Assembly: GCA_012521465.1 (NCBI GenBank)
Contig: JAAYMI010000109.1
Location: forward strand, 1 to 56,064
From: Bacillota bacterium
GTDB taxonomy: Bacteria > Bacillota > Limnochordia > Darwinibacteriales > Darwinibacteriaceae
Length of the DNA stretch: 56,064 nucleotides
Reading direction: 5' to 3'
Of the stretch, positions 20,001 through 28,486 are shown piece by piece. A model generated the notes under the pieces. That model did not search any database. It was not told where the DNA came from and saw nothing but the letters and a program-made list of their open reading frames with translations. Made by a program: the position numbers and the translations under genes. The stretch's first letter is position 1. Every line of letters begins with the position of its first letter.

Positions 20001-20534
20001 TTCATGGCTGGTGCGAAAACCGTCAAAAAAATGCAGAAAGGGGACACGGGACTTGATGGCAGCCAAATGGGCAATGCAGCCAAGATCCATTACCTCTTGG
20101 ACGCTGCTGGAAGCCAGCATGGCAAAACCGGTCTGCCGGCAGGCCATCACATCTTGATGGTCCCCGAAAATTGAGAGGGCATGGGTTGCAACAGCCCGGG
20201 CGCTGACGTGAAACACCCCCGGCAGCAGCTCACCTGCAATCTTGTACATGTTGGGAATCATCAAGAGCAGTCCCTGTGATGCAGTAAAAGTTGTGGTAAG
20301 AGCCCCCACAGCCAGCGAGCCGTGGACCGCACCCGCGGCTCCCCCCTCCGACTGCATCTCCACAATCTTCACTGGTTCACCAAAGATGTTCTTACGTCCC
20401 TGCGCACTCCAGACGTCGGTGTGCTCGGCCATCGGCGAGGACGGCGTAATTGGGTAGATGGCTGCCACTTCAGTAAAGGCATAAGCAATATGGGCAGCTG
20501 CCTCATTGCCGTCGATTGTTACTGTTCTGCCCAT
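17016..20534 (-). CDS. por: pyruvate:ferredoxin (flavodoxin) oxidoreductase, single-polypeptide type
   Basis: It has the ferredoxin motifs CIQCNQCAFVCPHA and CTGCGNCADVCP, and the TPP motif GGDGWAYDIGYGGLD. I chose the ATG at 20534 (MGRTVTIDGNEAAA). Confidence 0.95.
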   Translation of the reverse strand: MGRTVTIDGNEAAAHIAYAFTEVAAIYPITPSSPMAEHTDVWSAQGRKNIFGEPVKIVEMQSEGGAAGAVHGSLAVGALTTTFTASQGLLLMIPNMYKIAGELLPGVFHVSARAVATHALSIFGDHQDVMACRQTGFAMLASSSVQEVMDLGCIAHLAAIKSRVPFLHFFDGFRTSHEIQKIESVEYAEAAQLLDYEAVAEFRARGLNPEHPVIRGTAQNPDIYFQGREAANPFYQAVPGIVESYMRRFADLTGRSYKLFDYYGDPEAKYVIVAMASVCDTIAETVDYLRSRGERVGLVKVRLYRPFSADHFRRAIPPTVEKIAVLDRTKEPGSLGEPLYLDVVKAFQGRPVPVIVGGRFGLGSKDTRPSQIIAVYENLKREQPQDRFTIGIVDDVSGSSLPETDIVETTPDGTISCKFWGLGSDGTVGANKTAIKIIGENTPLYVQAYFSYDSKKSGGTTVSHLRFGQQPIRAAYLVYNADYIACHNRSFVFNYDLLKGIKDGGVFVLNCPWNREELEEYLPASTKRVIAEKHVQFYTIDAVAIASEVGLGNRINMIMQAVFFKLAKVIPVDEAIRQLKDAVETMYGKKGRRIVEMNLAAIDRAGSALQRVEVPQAWRTAQDPPVEPKPVPEFVERIQAPMARHEGDELPVSAFAGMEDGTYPLGTTAYEKRGIAVMIPEWQIEKCIQCNQCAFVCPHATIRPFLLDQTEMEAAPDGFQTKKAVGRGISEFGYRIQVSPLDCTGCGNCADVCPAPGKALIMRPADQEIAREAENWEYAMTIKPKYQYTDWKTLKGSQFRPPLFEFNGACPGCGETPYLRLLTQLFGERMLIANATGCSSIYTASAPSMAYTVTEEGHGPAWANSLFEDNAEYGYGMWLGVTQNRQRLANRMRQLLADGVEEPLAEAFRAWLENMYDGEGSVEPSRRIVDLLAKYGLKENKALVEIWAKRSFLVKKSQWIIGGDGWAYDIGYGGLDQVLSLGDDVNILVMDTEVYSNTGGQSSKATPTAAVAKFASAGKRIRKKDLGRMAMAYGYVYVAQIAMGANMNHTIRTILEAEAYPGPSLLIAYSPCIEHGIRTGMGTSIMQEKRAVEAGYWHLYRYNPLRKQTGQNPFTLDSPEPTASFREFIESEVRYYSLLKSFPDTANELFAKAEADAKERYAEYRRLAAQEY

Positions 20535-20662
20535 AAAAACCCCCCATTTCAACAGAGTGTATGTCTCTCCCATATTATCTGGATTCTGCCGGTTATCATA
20601 CCAAGGGAGAGTATTGCGAGGGAGGTTTTGGTGAAAACTAAGGCGAAAAGGAGGCGGAAGCC

Positions 20663-21016
20663 ATGGGCAGCACAGGTTGGGCGCTTTTAGTCAAGCTCGG
20701 GTTTACGTTCATTGCCGGTCTGCTGACGTTAGCTTTATTCGATGGCAATACGTGGCTGGCTGTCTTAGTCTGGGCCGCAGCGGTGACCGCGGCTAATTAC
20801 CTAATTGGCGATCGCTATATCCTACCGACTGTAGGAAACCCCATCGCCGCTGTGGTCGATGGGGTGTTGGCCGCCGGGCTGGCATGGCTGCTGGGAGTGG
20901 CCTTCCCGTGGTTCCGTACCACAGGCGCAACCTTGGTTGCCCTGGCCGCGGTGATAGCAATCATGGAATACTTCTTCCATGTCTTTCTCAAAGAATCCCG
21001 CACGGTTCTACCGTAG
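20663..21016 (+). CDS. small membrane protein, YndM/DUF2512-like
   Basis: It has three hydrophobic helices and a GDRYILPTVGNPIAAVVDG segment. The RBS is AAAGGAGG. Confidence 0.5.
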   Translation: MGSTGWALLVKLGFTFIAGLLTLALFDGNTWLAVLVWAAAVTAANYLIGDRYILPTVGNPIAAVVDGVLAAGLAWLLGVAFPWFRTTGATLVALAAVIAIMEYFFHVFLKESRTVLP

Positions 21017-21017
21017 A

Positions 21018-22292
21018 TTACGAGGCGCTGTAAAGCTGCGCCACATTGGGGGAACGCCGCATGAGAGCCCCAATGGCGATGATTGCTCCCGAGCAGCCTA
21101 AGAAAAACACAAACGGCGGGACTATATCTACCGCGGGGCCGAACACAGCCATGGAGACTGGTACGAGGATTGAAAACAGGCAGTCCAAGAGGCCGAAGAC
21201 GCGCCCGCGGTAAGCATCTGGTACCGTTTCCTGCAGCATCACCTGAATGGGTACATTCACCATCACATTGAGGAGTCCGATTGAAAAAACCGGCAGCACC
21301 AGGCAGCCTAGAAGGGCCGGCATCGATAGCTGACCATAAAAGGCAGGCAGGGCAATCACTCCGATGAACACACCAGCGAATCCCTGACCTACAATTGCCC
21401 TGACGAGCAGCTTTTCTTTCGGCACGCGCTGGCTCAAGAAGCCCACGAGCAAGGTCCCCACTAAGAGGCCCACTGGCAGGGTGGACTTCACCAGCCCGAA
21501 ACTCTCCGGGGACATGTGCAGAACTTCCTTGCCAAAAAACGGCATAACAATGTCGAACACGGGCGTTGCAATGAAGTTAAGCGCTACACCGTAGCCGATC
21601 AGCGTTCGCAGATTGCCGTGCTGCCAGACGTAAGCAAGTCCCTGCCTGAAGTTCTCAGTGTAGGCCTGCAGTTGTGCGCCGCGCCCCTGAGCCCTGCTGA
21701 ATTCTTGCTGAGGGAAACGAATGAACACTTCCGAAAGAGCAGAAAGGAGGAAGCAGGTGCCGTTGATGGCAAATACGCCGGTGTAGCCTGCCAGCCCCAC
21801 AAGGAGCGCACCGAGGCTCGGGCCAATAATCCCCGTAGCACTGCGCGCGAAGTTGTTGCGGACATTAGCGGCAGTGAGCTCTTCCCGTTCTACCATGCTG
21901 GGGATCGCGGCGGAAACAGCCGGGCCAAACAGCACACTGCATATCGATGAGAGCGCTGCCGCGGCATAGAGCACTCCTACTGTCAGAGCACCCGCGGCAT
22001 GAATGCCGGCTACCGCCAGCAGAATCAGACCCCGGATGATGTCTGTGATCACCACGATCTTTTTCCTGTCCCACATGTCGGCCAGAACGCCCGTGAAAGG
22101 AGCCAGTACGATGGTGGGAACGGATAAAGCCAGCAGGAGCGTGCTTAGGGCGGCACCTGAACCAGTGAGGTCAAGGACGAGCCAGGTCATGGCAAAGTAG
22201 TTCATGCCGTCCCCGACTTGGGACACCACCCGCCCCATGAACAGCAAACCAAAGTCACGATTAATGAACAGTCGCTTCAGCAAATTTCTCAT
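21018..22292 (-). CDS. MFS transporter
   Basis: The profile is 12-TM, with the loop GVLADMWDRKK between TM2 and TM3. Confidence 0.75.
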   Translation of the reverse strand: MRNLLKRLFINRDFGLLFMGRVVSQVGDGMNYFAMTWLVLDLTGSGAALSTLLLALSVPTIVLAPFTGVLADMWDRKKIVVITDIIRGLILLAVAGIHAAGALTVGVLYAAAALSSICSVLFGPAVSAAIPSMVEREELTAANVRNNFARSATGIIGPSLGALLVGLAGYTGVFAINGTCFLLSALSEVFIRFPQQEFSRAQGRGAQLQAYTENFRQGLAYVWQHGNLRTLIGYGVALNFIATPVFDIVMPFFGKEVLHMSPESFGLVKSTLPVGLLVGTLLVGFLSQRVPKEKLLVRAIVGQGFAGVFIGVIALPAFYGQLSMPALLGCLVLPVFSIGLLNVMVNVPIQVMLQETVPDAYRGRVFGLLDCLFSILVPVSMAVFGPAVDIVPPFVFFLGCSGAIIAIGALMRRSPNVAQLYSAS

Positions 22293-22378
22293 GTTTTCTC
22301 AACCCTTCCCGTCTGCGGTCTACCTTATTCTAGCAAGATTCAGAAGGCAGGGTTGAGAGTCCAAAGAACGGTCAGAAG

Positions 22379-24211
22379 TCAGTCTTGAGACTGATTTGCC
22401 CGTGCTGCCAGCTGCGCCATGATCAGGCTGCACACCTCCTCCGGCGTGCGATGCTCAGTGGCCACAGTCAAATCAGCGGCCCGCTGGTAAAGTGGGGCAC
22501 GCTGCGCCATGAGTTGAGCTGCAGCGGCGTAGGGATCACTCCCTAAGAGCGGTCGATCCCCCATGTGGCCGATGCGCTCCACAATCGTATCTAGGGGTGC
22601 TGTGAGCAGCACGAGCTTGCTGGTGGCCTTAAGGGCGGCAAGGTTCGCTGGCTCCAGAACTGCACCCCCGCCGCAGGCAATTACAAAGGCCTCGTGGCGG
22701 CAGACCTCCTGCAATAGCTCTCTTTCTCGCCGGCGGAATTCGGCTTCGCCCACCTCCGCGAACATCTGGGAAATTGACATCCCCCAGCGCCGCTCCAACT
22801 CGCGATCGAGGTCAATAAACTCCCTCCCCAAGGCGTCGGCCAGCAGCGGCCCCACAGTGGATTTGCCCACTCCCATAAAACCGATGAGGGCAATATTGAA
22901 AGGAAACAGAGCGCGGGACTGGCGGCCTCGGCTGATGCGCAGTATTTCCCTAAACAAGGCGTGGGTCTCGCCGGTGAACTTCCCCAGGATCTCAGTTTCG
23001 CGCTTTGGGTCGTAGATGGGCAGGGCATGCCTGCGCTTGTACTGTGCCACCTCATCGATCAGCTGGAGGCGCTGGCGAAAAGCCTGCGCAATCACGGCAT
23101 CGCAGTGGTTGATTCTTTCCCGCAGTTCACCAAGCTCTCTACCCGGCGCTGCGGTCCTGTCTTTGAGGGGGAGTAGCGCGGGTAGGAGCTGTTCCACTTC
23201 ATCTGGTGTTAGGAACACTTCCGCGACCTCACCCAGGCGCCGGGGCAGCATGAACGAAATGCCCGCGGCGGTATTCTTTTTATCACGGGTGAGTGCCTCC
23301 ATGAACTGCTGCAGCGATACGCCCACGGGAACAGAGGGCATGCCAACCAAGCGGCACGCTTCCTCGATCTGAGCCAAATCCTCTTGGGAAAGCAGGCCCA
23401 AGCGATGCGCAAGGCGAGCCTCTGCTGCTAGGCCCACGAGCACAGCCTCGCCGTGGCTGAGGGCGACAAACCCCGTTGCGCTTTCCAGGGCATGAGCAAT
23501 GGTATGCCCGGCATTCAGCTGCTTGCGAGCGCCCCGATCCAGCTCATCCTCTTCCACCAGCCGAGCCTTTACAGCACAGCACCGGATAATGATGTCTTCT
23601 AAGGCGGTATGGGGCTCCTTGCAGATGGCAGCAGCCCGCGCCTTAAGGGTCTCCACAAACCATGGTTCAGCGATCACGGCGTATTTAACTACCTCCCCCA
23701 ATCCGCATACCAGCTCGCGTCGAGAGAGGGTCGCCAGGAACGTGGGGTCAACTACAACCATTGTGGGCTGGTGGAAAGCACCCACCAGGTTCTTTCCCCC
23801 CGGCAGGTCCACAGCAGTCTTGCCGCCGACAGCACTGTCTACCTGTGCGAGGAGGGTAGTGGGAATTTGGATGTAGGGGATCCCCCGCATATAGATAGCG
23901 GCGCAGAAGCCAGCCACGTCGCCCACTACGCCGCCGCCCAAAGCCAACACAACTGAACGCCTGGTTAGACCTAAAGCCGCCATCTCGGCAAGGATCCACT
24001 TCGCGTTCTCCCAGGTTTTGGCCTGTTCCCCGGAAGCCGTAACGATTTTAGGGAAGTCAAAAAGCTCACCGTACAAGCGGTTCACATTCTCATCGGTAAT
24101 AATGACGGCTTTGTCATAGGGTGCGGTCAGTGATGTGATATCATGCCGCACCCCCACGCCAATTCTCACTTCATAGCTGGTGTGTTTCAGCCGGACTGGA
24201 ATTGCAGCCAT
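22379..24211 (-). CDS. trifunctional fusion: 3-dehydroquinate synthase / AroQ chorismate mutase / shikimate kinase
   Basis: - aa 1 to about 345 is AroB (LGGGVVGDVAGF, HGEAV).
- aa about 357-432 is AroQ chorismate mutase (LRERINHCDAVI...YKRRHALPIYDPKRETEIL).
- aa about 437-600 is AroK (Walker A GFMGVGKST).

It is one uninterrupted ORF. Confidence 0.85.
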   Translation of the reverse strand: MAAIPVRLKHTSYEVRIGVGVRHDITSLTAPYDKAVIITDENVNRLYGELFDFPKIVTASGEQAKTWENAKWILAEMAALGLTRRSVVLALGGGVVGDVAGFCAAIYMRGIPYIQIPTTLLAQVDSAVGGKTAVDLPGGKNLVGAFHQPTMVVVDPTFLATLSRRELVCGLGEVVKYAVIAEPWFVETLKARAAAICKEPHTALEDIIIRCCAVKARLVEEDELDRGARKQLNAGHTIAHALESATGFVALSHGEAVLVGLAAEARLAHRLGLLSQEDLAQIEEACRLVGMPSVPVGVSLQQFMEALTRDKKNTAAGISFMLPRRLGEVAEVFLTPDEVEQLLPALLPLKDRTAAPGRELGELRERINHCDAVIAQAFRQRLQLIDEVAQYKRRHALPIYDPKRETEILGKFTGETHALFREILRISRGRQSRALFPFNIALIGFMGVGKSTVGPLLADALGREFIDLDRELERRWGMSISQMFAEVGEAEFRRRERELLQEVCRHEAFVIACGGGAVLEPANLAALKATSKLVLLTAPLDTIVERIGHMGDRPLLGSDPYAAAAQLMAQRAPLYQRAADLTVATEHRTPEEVCSLIMAQLAARANQSQD

Positions 24212-25311
24212 CGCTGTTCAATCTCCTTTAGGGAATCCCCGCCAAACACCTCCAAAAAGGCCTGCGCAATCACAGTGAGGGCGGCAAGTTCGCCCACCAC
24301 CGCTGCTGCGGGAACCGCACAAGTATCGCTCCGCTGCACGCTGGCCTGGGCCGGCTGCCGAGAGCTGATGTCCACAGTCTTTAGGGGCCGCGTGAGGGTA
24401 GGAATGGGCTTCATCGCAGCCCGGATTACAATTACTTCGCCGTTGGACATGCCTCCCTCAATGCCGCCGGCGCGATTAGTGCGGCGGTAGTATCCTCGAT
24501 CGTGCTCATAGAAGAGTTCATCATGGACCTGGGAGCCAAGCTTTTGAGCCGCGGCAAATCCCTCGCCAATCTCCACCCCTTTGATGCCTGGAATACTCAT
24601 CAGAGCAGCGGCCAGCCTGGAATCGAGGCGCCGATCCCAATGCACATAGCTGCCCAGCCCTACCGGAACCCCCTTGATCTGAATTTCAAAAATCCCCCCG
24701 AGCGTGTCCCCCGCGGCTTTGGCTCGCTCAATTTCCGCCATCATAGCCTGGGAGGTCTCTGGGTCTGTGCAGCGTACAGGAGACTGTTCCGCCGCGGCCA
24801 GCTCTGGGAAGGTGACTCCGCTTCGCTCCAAAGCAGCAGAGCCGATCTGCAGCACATGCACCGCCGCTTCAATTCCAAAATGGCGCAGGAGCTGACGGGC
24901 GAGACTGCCTACCGCTACCCGCGCGGCTGTTTCCCGAGCGCTGCTCCGCTCCGCTGCGAGGCGCACATCACCAAAGCCATACTTCACACTGCCAGCAAAG
25001 TCGGCGTGCCCCGGCCTGGCCAGGGTGATGGGAGGATGCTCGCGGCCGGCCCAGTTGGGGTAATCGCGATTGGCAATCCTCATGGCGATGGGACTGCCGA
25101 TAGTCCTGCCGTTGACCAAGCCCGTGAGGATCTCTATCTGATCCTCCTCGATCTGCATGCGCTCCCCGCGGCCATACCCCTTCTGCCGCCTGGCTAAATC
25201 CCTATTGATCTGCTCCACATCAATAGGGAAGCCAGCGGGGAATCCCTCTACAATCGCCACCAGGCATGGACCGTGAGACTCACCGGCTGTAAGAAAACGC
25301 ATGCCCCTCAC
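24187..25311 (-). CDS. aroC: chorismate synthase
   Basis: The N-terminus is MRFLTAGESHG, followed by RSSARETA and a typical length of 374 aa. Confidence 0.95.
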   Translation of the reverse strand: MRGMRFLTAGESHGPCLVAIVEGFPAGFPIDVEQINRDLARRQKGYGRGERMQIEEDQIEILTGLVNGRTIGSPIAMRIANRDYPNWAGREHPPITLARPGHADFAGSVKYGFGDVRLAAERSSARETAARVAVGSLARQLLRHFGIEAAVHVLQIGSAALERSGVTFPELAAAEQSPVRCTDPETSQAMMAEIERAKAAGDTLGGIFEIQIKGVPVGLGSYVHWDRRLDSRLAAALMSIPGIKGVEIGEGFAAAQKLGSQVHDELFYEHDRGYYRRTNRAGGIEGGMSNGEVIVIRAAMKPIPTLTRPLKTVDISSRQPAQASVQRSDTCAVPAAAVVGELAALTVIAQAFLEVFGGDSLKEIEQRWLQFQSG

Positions 25312-26573
25312 CTGCCCTTTCCCACTATACTTGTCAGGATTTCCTGAAAACCGGGAAACGACACATCCACGCAGTCGGCGTCCGTAACAGAAATAGACTC
25401 TCCTGACAGGGCAGCAGCAATGAAGAGGCTCATGGCAATGCGGTGATCGCCTCGACTGTTCACCTCACCCGGCCGCCAAGTGGTGGGCCCGGTGATAGTC
25501 AATCCGTCAGGCTGCACTGTAATATCTACTCCCACCTTGCTCAGCTCGGCAGCGAGCGCCTGAATGCGGTCTGTCTCTTTCACCCGGAGCTCCGCCGCAT
25601 CCTTGATGGTGGTTGTGCCGTGGGCGAAAGCCGCGGTCACCGCCAGAATGGGGATTTCATCAATCAGCCGGGGGATAATCTCTCCCGCAATAGCAATACC
25701 CCTCAGTTCTCTTCCCCGCACAGTGATGGAACCGCAGGGTTCGCCGCCCGAGGTGCTTGTTTCAACTACTGAAACCTCTGCCCCCATGGCCCGGAGCACG
25801 TCTATAAATCCGGTGCGGGTCGGGTTCAGCCCGACATTTTCCACCGTAACCTCTGCCCCCGGCACACCCGCTGCTCCCGCGAGGAAGATGGCAGCAGAAG
25901 AGATGTCGCCTGGCACCTGCACGGCCCGCGCGGTGAGGCAATCAACTGGGCTCAGCACGAGCGTTCCATGCTCCTCAGTCAGATCTGCCCCGAAGCTCAC
26001 CAGCATCCGCTCCGTATGGTCGCGGGAGTTGAGCTTTCCCTGCAGACGCACTTCACATCTCCCGGCCAGCCCCGCCAGGAGCAGTGCCGATTTCACCTGG
26101 GCACTGGCCACCGGCAGTTCGTATCTCAATGCTGTGAGAGGCCCGCCGCGGATCACTAACGGGGCAAACTGGCCGTCCATCCGCCCCTTGATCAGCGCTC
26201 CCATCTGCCTAAGCGGCTGCACGATGCGGTCCATGGGCCGGGCTAAAAGCGACTCATCGCCTGTCAGTACACTGACAAAGGGTTGGGCTGCGAGTATGCC
26301 TGCCAATAAGCGCATGGTTGTACCGGAGTTCCCGCAGTCCAGCACGGTGCCGGGGACCCTGAATCCGGTCAGCCCCACTCCGTGGACGATCGTTCTCCGA
26401 GGATGTTCCTCAATCTCTATACCTAAAGCACGCAGACAGCTGACCGTGTTCTGGCAGTCGCGGCTCTGCAGCGGCCCAATGATCTCGCTGGTACCGCTGG
26501 CCAGAGCAGCTAGGAGCAGGGCGCGGTGCGTGATAGACTTGTCCCCCGGAACAGATACAACACCTTTAAGCAT
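25308..26573 (-). CDS. aroA: 3-phosphoshikimate 1-carboxyvinyltransferase (EPSP synthase)
   Basis: It has PGDKSITHRALLLAALA, GNSGTTMRLL and DHRIAMS motifs. Confidence 0.95.
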   Translation of the reverse strand: MLKGVVSVPGDKSITHRALLLAALASGTSEIIGPLQSRDCQNTVSCLRALGIEIEEHPRRTIVHGVGLTGFRVPGTVLDCGNSGTTMRLLAGILAAQPFVSVLTGDESLLARPMDRIVQPLRQMGALIKGRMDGQFAPLVIRGGPLTALRYELPVASAQVKSALLLAGLAGRCEVRLQGKLNSRDHTERMLVSFGADLTEEHGTLVLSPVDCLTARAVQVPGDISSAAIFLAGAAGVPGAEVTVENVGLNPTRTGFIDVLRAMGAEVSVVETSTSGGEPCGSITVRGRELRGIAIAGEIIPRLIDEIPILAVTAAFAHGTTTIKDAAELRVKETDRIQALAAELSKVGVDITVQPDGLTITGPTTWRPGEVNSRGDHRIAMSLFIAAALSGESISVTDADCVDVSFPGFQEILTSIVGKGR

Positions 26574-27429
26574 GCAGTCCCCTCCCTTCCAGCAGCAGCC
26601 GAAGTTCCCGAGCCGACTCTACCAGCCGGCAGTAGCGCTCCGGCAGCAGGGATTGGGGGCCATCCGATAGAGCGTCCTCCGGATGGGGATGGACCTCAAT
26701 CATGAGGCCGTCTGCGCCTGCAGCCACCGCCGCCAAAGCGAGGGGTTCTACCAAGTTCCACCTGCCGGCAGCATGACTGGGATCGATGATGATGGGGAGA
26801 TGGCTGAGATGCTTAATTATGGGCACCGCACTGATATCCAGCGTATTGCGCGTAAGAGTCTCAAATGTGCGGATCCCCCGCTCGCATAGGACTACCTTGG
26901 GATTGCCTGCACTCATGATGTACTCCGCCGACAGAAGCCATTCCTCGATGGTCGCGGCAGGTCCCCGTTTGAGCAGCATGGGTTTTTGGCACTGCCTCAC
27001 TTTCCGCAGCAGAGCATAATTCTGCATATTCCGGGCACCAATTTGGAGCATGTCCACGTATGCAGCCACCAAATCCACATCTTCGGGAGAAACCACCTCA
27101 CTAACGGTGGGCATGCCAACCTCTGCTGCAGCGGCTTGAAGCATAGCCAAACCCTCTTCCGCCAGCCCTTGGAAGCTGTACGGCGAAGTGCGCGGCTTGA
27201 ACGCGCCGCCCCGCAGAATGTGGGCATGGCCTTTCACCGCTCGGGCAACCGTGCGGATCTGCTCTATGCTTTCGATGGAGCAGGGTCCCGCAATAAAAAC
27301 CAGCTCGGGGCCGCCAATCTGGACTCCCCCCACATTGATCACAGATTGCTCGTCAGGGTGTTTTTTACTGGTCAGCGGAAGAGACTCCCAGAAAGGAAGG
27401 TCCTTGTGCTTTAGTGTGTCCATGGGCAT
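26566..27429 (-). CDS. aroF: 3-deoxy-7-phosphoheptulonate (DAHP) synthase, type I-beta
   Basis: It has IAGPCSIES and [11 protein letters not shown] motifs. I chose the ATG at 27429 (MPMDTL), which follows GAAGGAGA; the track ORF extends 46 codons upstream. Confidence 0.85.
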
Positions 27430-27495
27430 TTCTCCTTCAGGCGCGACTGTGCCGCTATCTTGATTGTAGCGCAACGGGCCCCTTTGTGCCACCAC

Positions 27496-27519
27496 CCCAA
27501 AGGGAAACCCAAAGGGAAA
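27496..27519. repeat. perfect tandem duplication of the 12-mer CCCAAAGGGAAA
   Basis: The two copies occupy 27496-27507 and 27508-27519, between the upstream terminator and the aroF start. Confidence 0.8.
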
Positions 27520-27521
27520 AC

Positions 27522-27561
27522 AAACACCCACCCCGCCGGCTGCAGCCGAGGATGGGTGTTT
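27522..27561 (-). terminator. strong terminator downstream of the PAS-MCP gene
   Basis: AAACACCCA ... CGGC-TGCA-GCCG ... TGGGTGTTT is followed on the minus strand by GTTTTCCCTTT. Confidence 0.7.
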
Positions 27562-27591
27562 GGACATCTGTAAGTTCTGCGGGAACCAGTG

Positions 27592-28401
27592 CTATCGCAC
27601 CACCACTGCCGCTGTTACCGTCTTACTTTCCTCCCATGCTTCCATGATCCGCTTCACTAACGTTTCCACCTCTTGGATGGCATCCCGCACTTGCGTTGCC
27701 GCTTCACTGGAGCGATCAGACAGCTGTCCCACTTCTTGGGCTACCACTTCAAAACCGCGCCCCATTTCTCCTACACGGGCGGCTTCAATGGCGGCATTGA
27801 TGGAAACCATTTTCGTCTGCTTGGCGATATAAGAAATCCCGTTCACTAATTTGCCAACTTTCTCTGGGATAGCGGCCAAATCGGCGATCATTTTTTCCAC
27901 CGTTTCCTGCTGTTCCCTGATCCTCTCCTCGGCCTGCGCGTGTTCCTTGGCCAGCTTTTTCTCTAAAGAAATATCCTGGCCGAAGCCCACCAAGCCTACG
28001 ATCTTGCCCTCTTCATCGCGCAGCGGCAGTTTAGAGGTGCGCAGCCAGCGCTCTTCACCGTCGCTCTCCGATAAGAGTTCTTCACGATCAATAATCGCCT
28101 CACCGTATTTCAGCACCCGAGCATCATCCTGCCAAAAGCCCTCCGCGATATGGCGGGGGAACATATCGAAGTCTGTTTTTCCCAAGACATCCTCTTCCCT
28201 GGTATACCCCATGTTTTCGAGGTCCACCTTGTTCGCCAAAGTCTTGCGACCTTCAAGATCCTTTGCATACACTGCCATGGGGAGATTATCCACTATGGTC
28301 TTGAGGATGCGCCGTTCCCATCTCAACTTGTCCTGCAGTTCTTGAATGAGCCGCTCCGCATCCTGCAGATCTACTGGTTTAACCTGCCCTACTGTAGCCA
28401 T
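27592..28401 (-). CDS. soluble PAS-domain protein with a very short methyl-accepting-chemotaxis signalling hairpin
   Basis: The PAS region spans about aa 30-145. The MCP tip motif is MVSINAAIEAARVGEMGRGFEVVAQEV. There is no TM segment, and the protein is 269 aa in total. Confidence 0.75.
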   Translation of the reverse strand: MATVGQVKPVDLQDAERLIQELQDKLRWERRILKTIVDNLPMAVYAKDLEGRKTLANKVDLENMGYTREEDVLGKTDFDMFPRHIAEGFWQDDARVLKYGEAIIDREELLSESDGEERWLRTSKLPLRDEEGKIVGLVGFGQDISLEKKLAKEHAQAEERIREQQETVEKMIADLAAIPEKVGKLVNGISYIAKQTKMVSINAAIEAARVGEMGRGFEVVAQEVGQLSDRSSEAATQVRDAIQEVETLVKRIMEAWEESKTVTAAVVVR

Positions 28402-28486
28402 GCCTCAACCCCTCACCACCGTGGTTTACACTTAGATAATATCTTCGCCCTCCAGCCATATACTTCCTGTTAGATCTCAAACTATT

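Noticed and set aside
22293-22378. A 10-bp inverted repeat, TCTCAACCCT ... AGGGTTGAGA, separated by about 44 nt, between the MFS gene start and the end of the aro fusion gene.
   Set aside because: - It most simply combines terminator and promoter spacer structure.
- It has no U-tract and I noticed no further copies.
- There is not enough evidence to assign a function.
24187-24211. The 25-nt overlap between aroC and the aroB fusion, and the 29-nt overlap at 10670..10698, as possible frameshift or fusion sites.
   Set aside because: - Both upstream proteins end at normal family lengths.
- Both downstream proteins begin with canonical N-termini.
- These are ordinary overlapping, coupled genes or slightly mis-set starts.
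25564-26670. A 368-aa ORF antisense to aroA. Similar long antisense ORFs occur at 17886..18884 (opposite PFOR), 46314..47177 (opposite the EamA gene), 5373..5906 (opposite the flavodiiron gene) and 15511..16257.
   Set aside because: - The opposite strand encodes proteins with unmistakable family motifs.
- The antisense products are Ala/Arg/Ser/Pro-rich and low in complexity, with no RBS and no motif.
- Long stop-free antisense frames are expected when sense codons are GC-rich at position 3, because TTA, CTA and TCA are rare.
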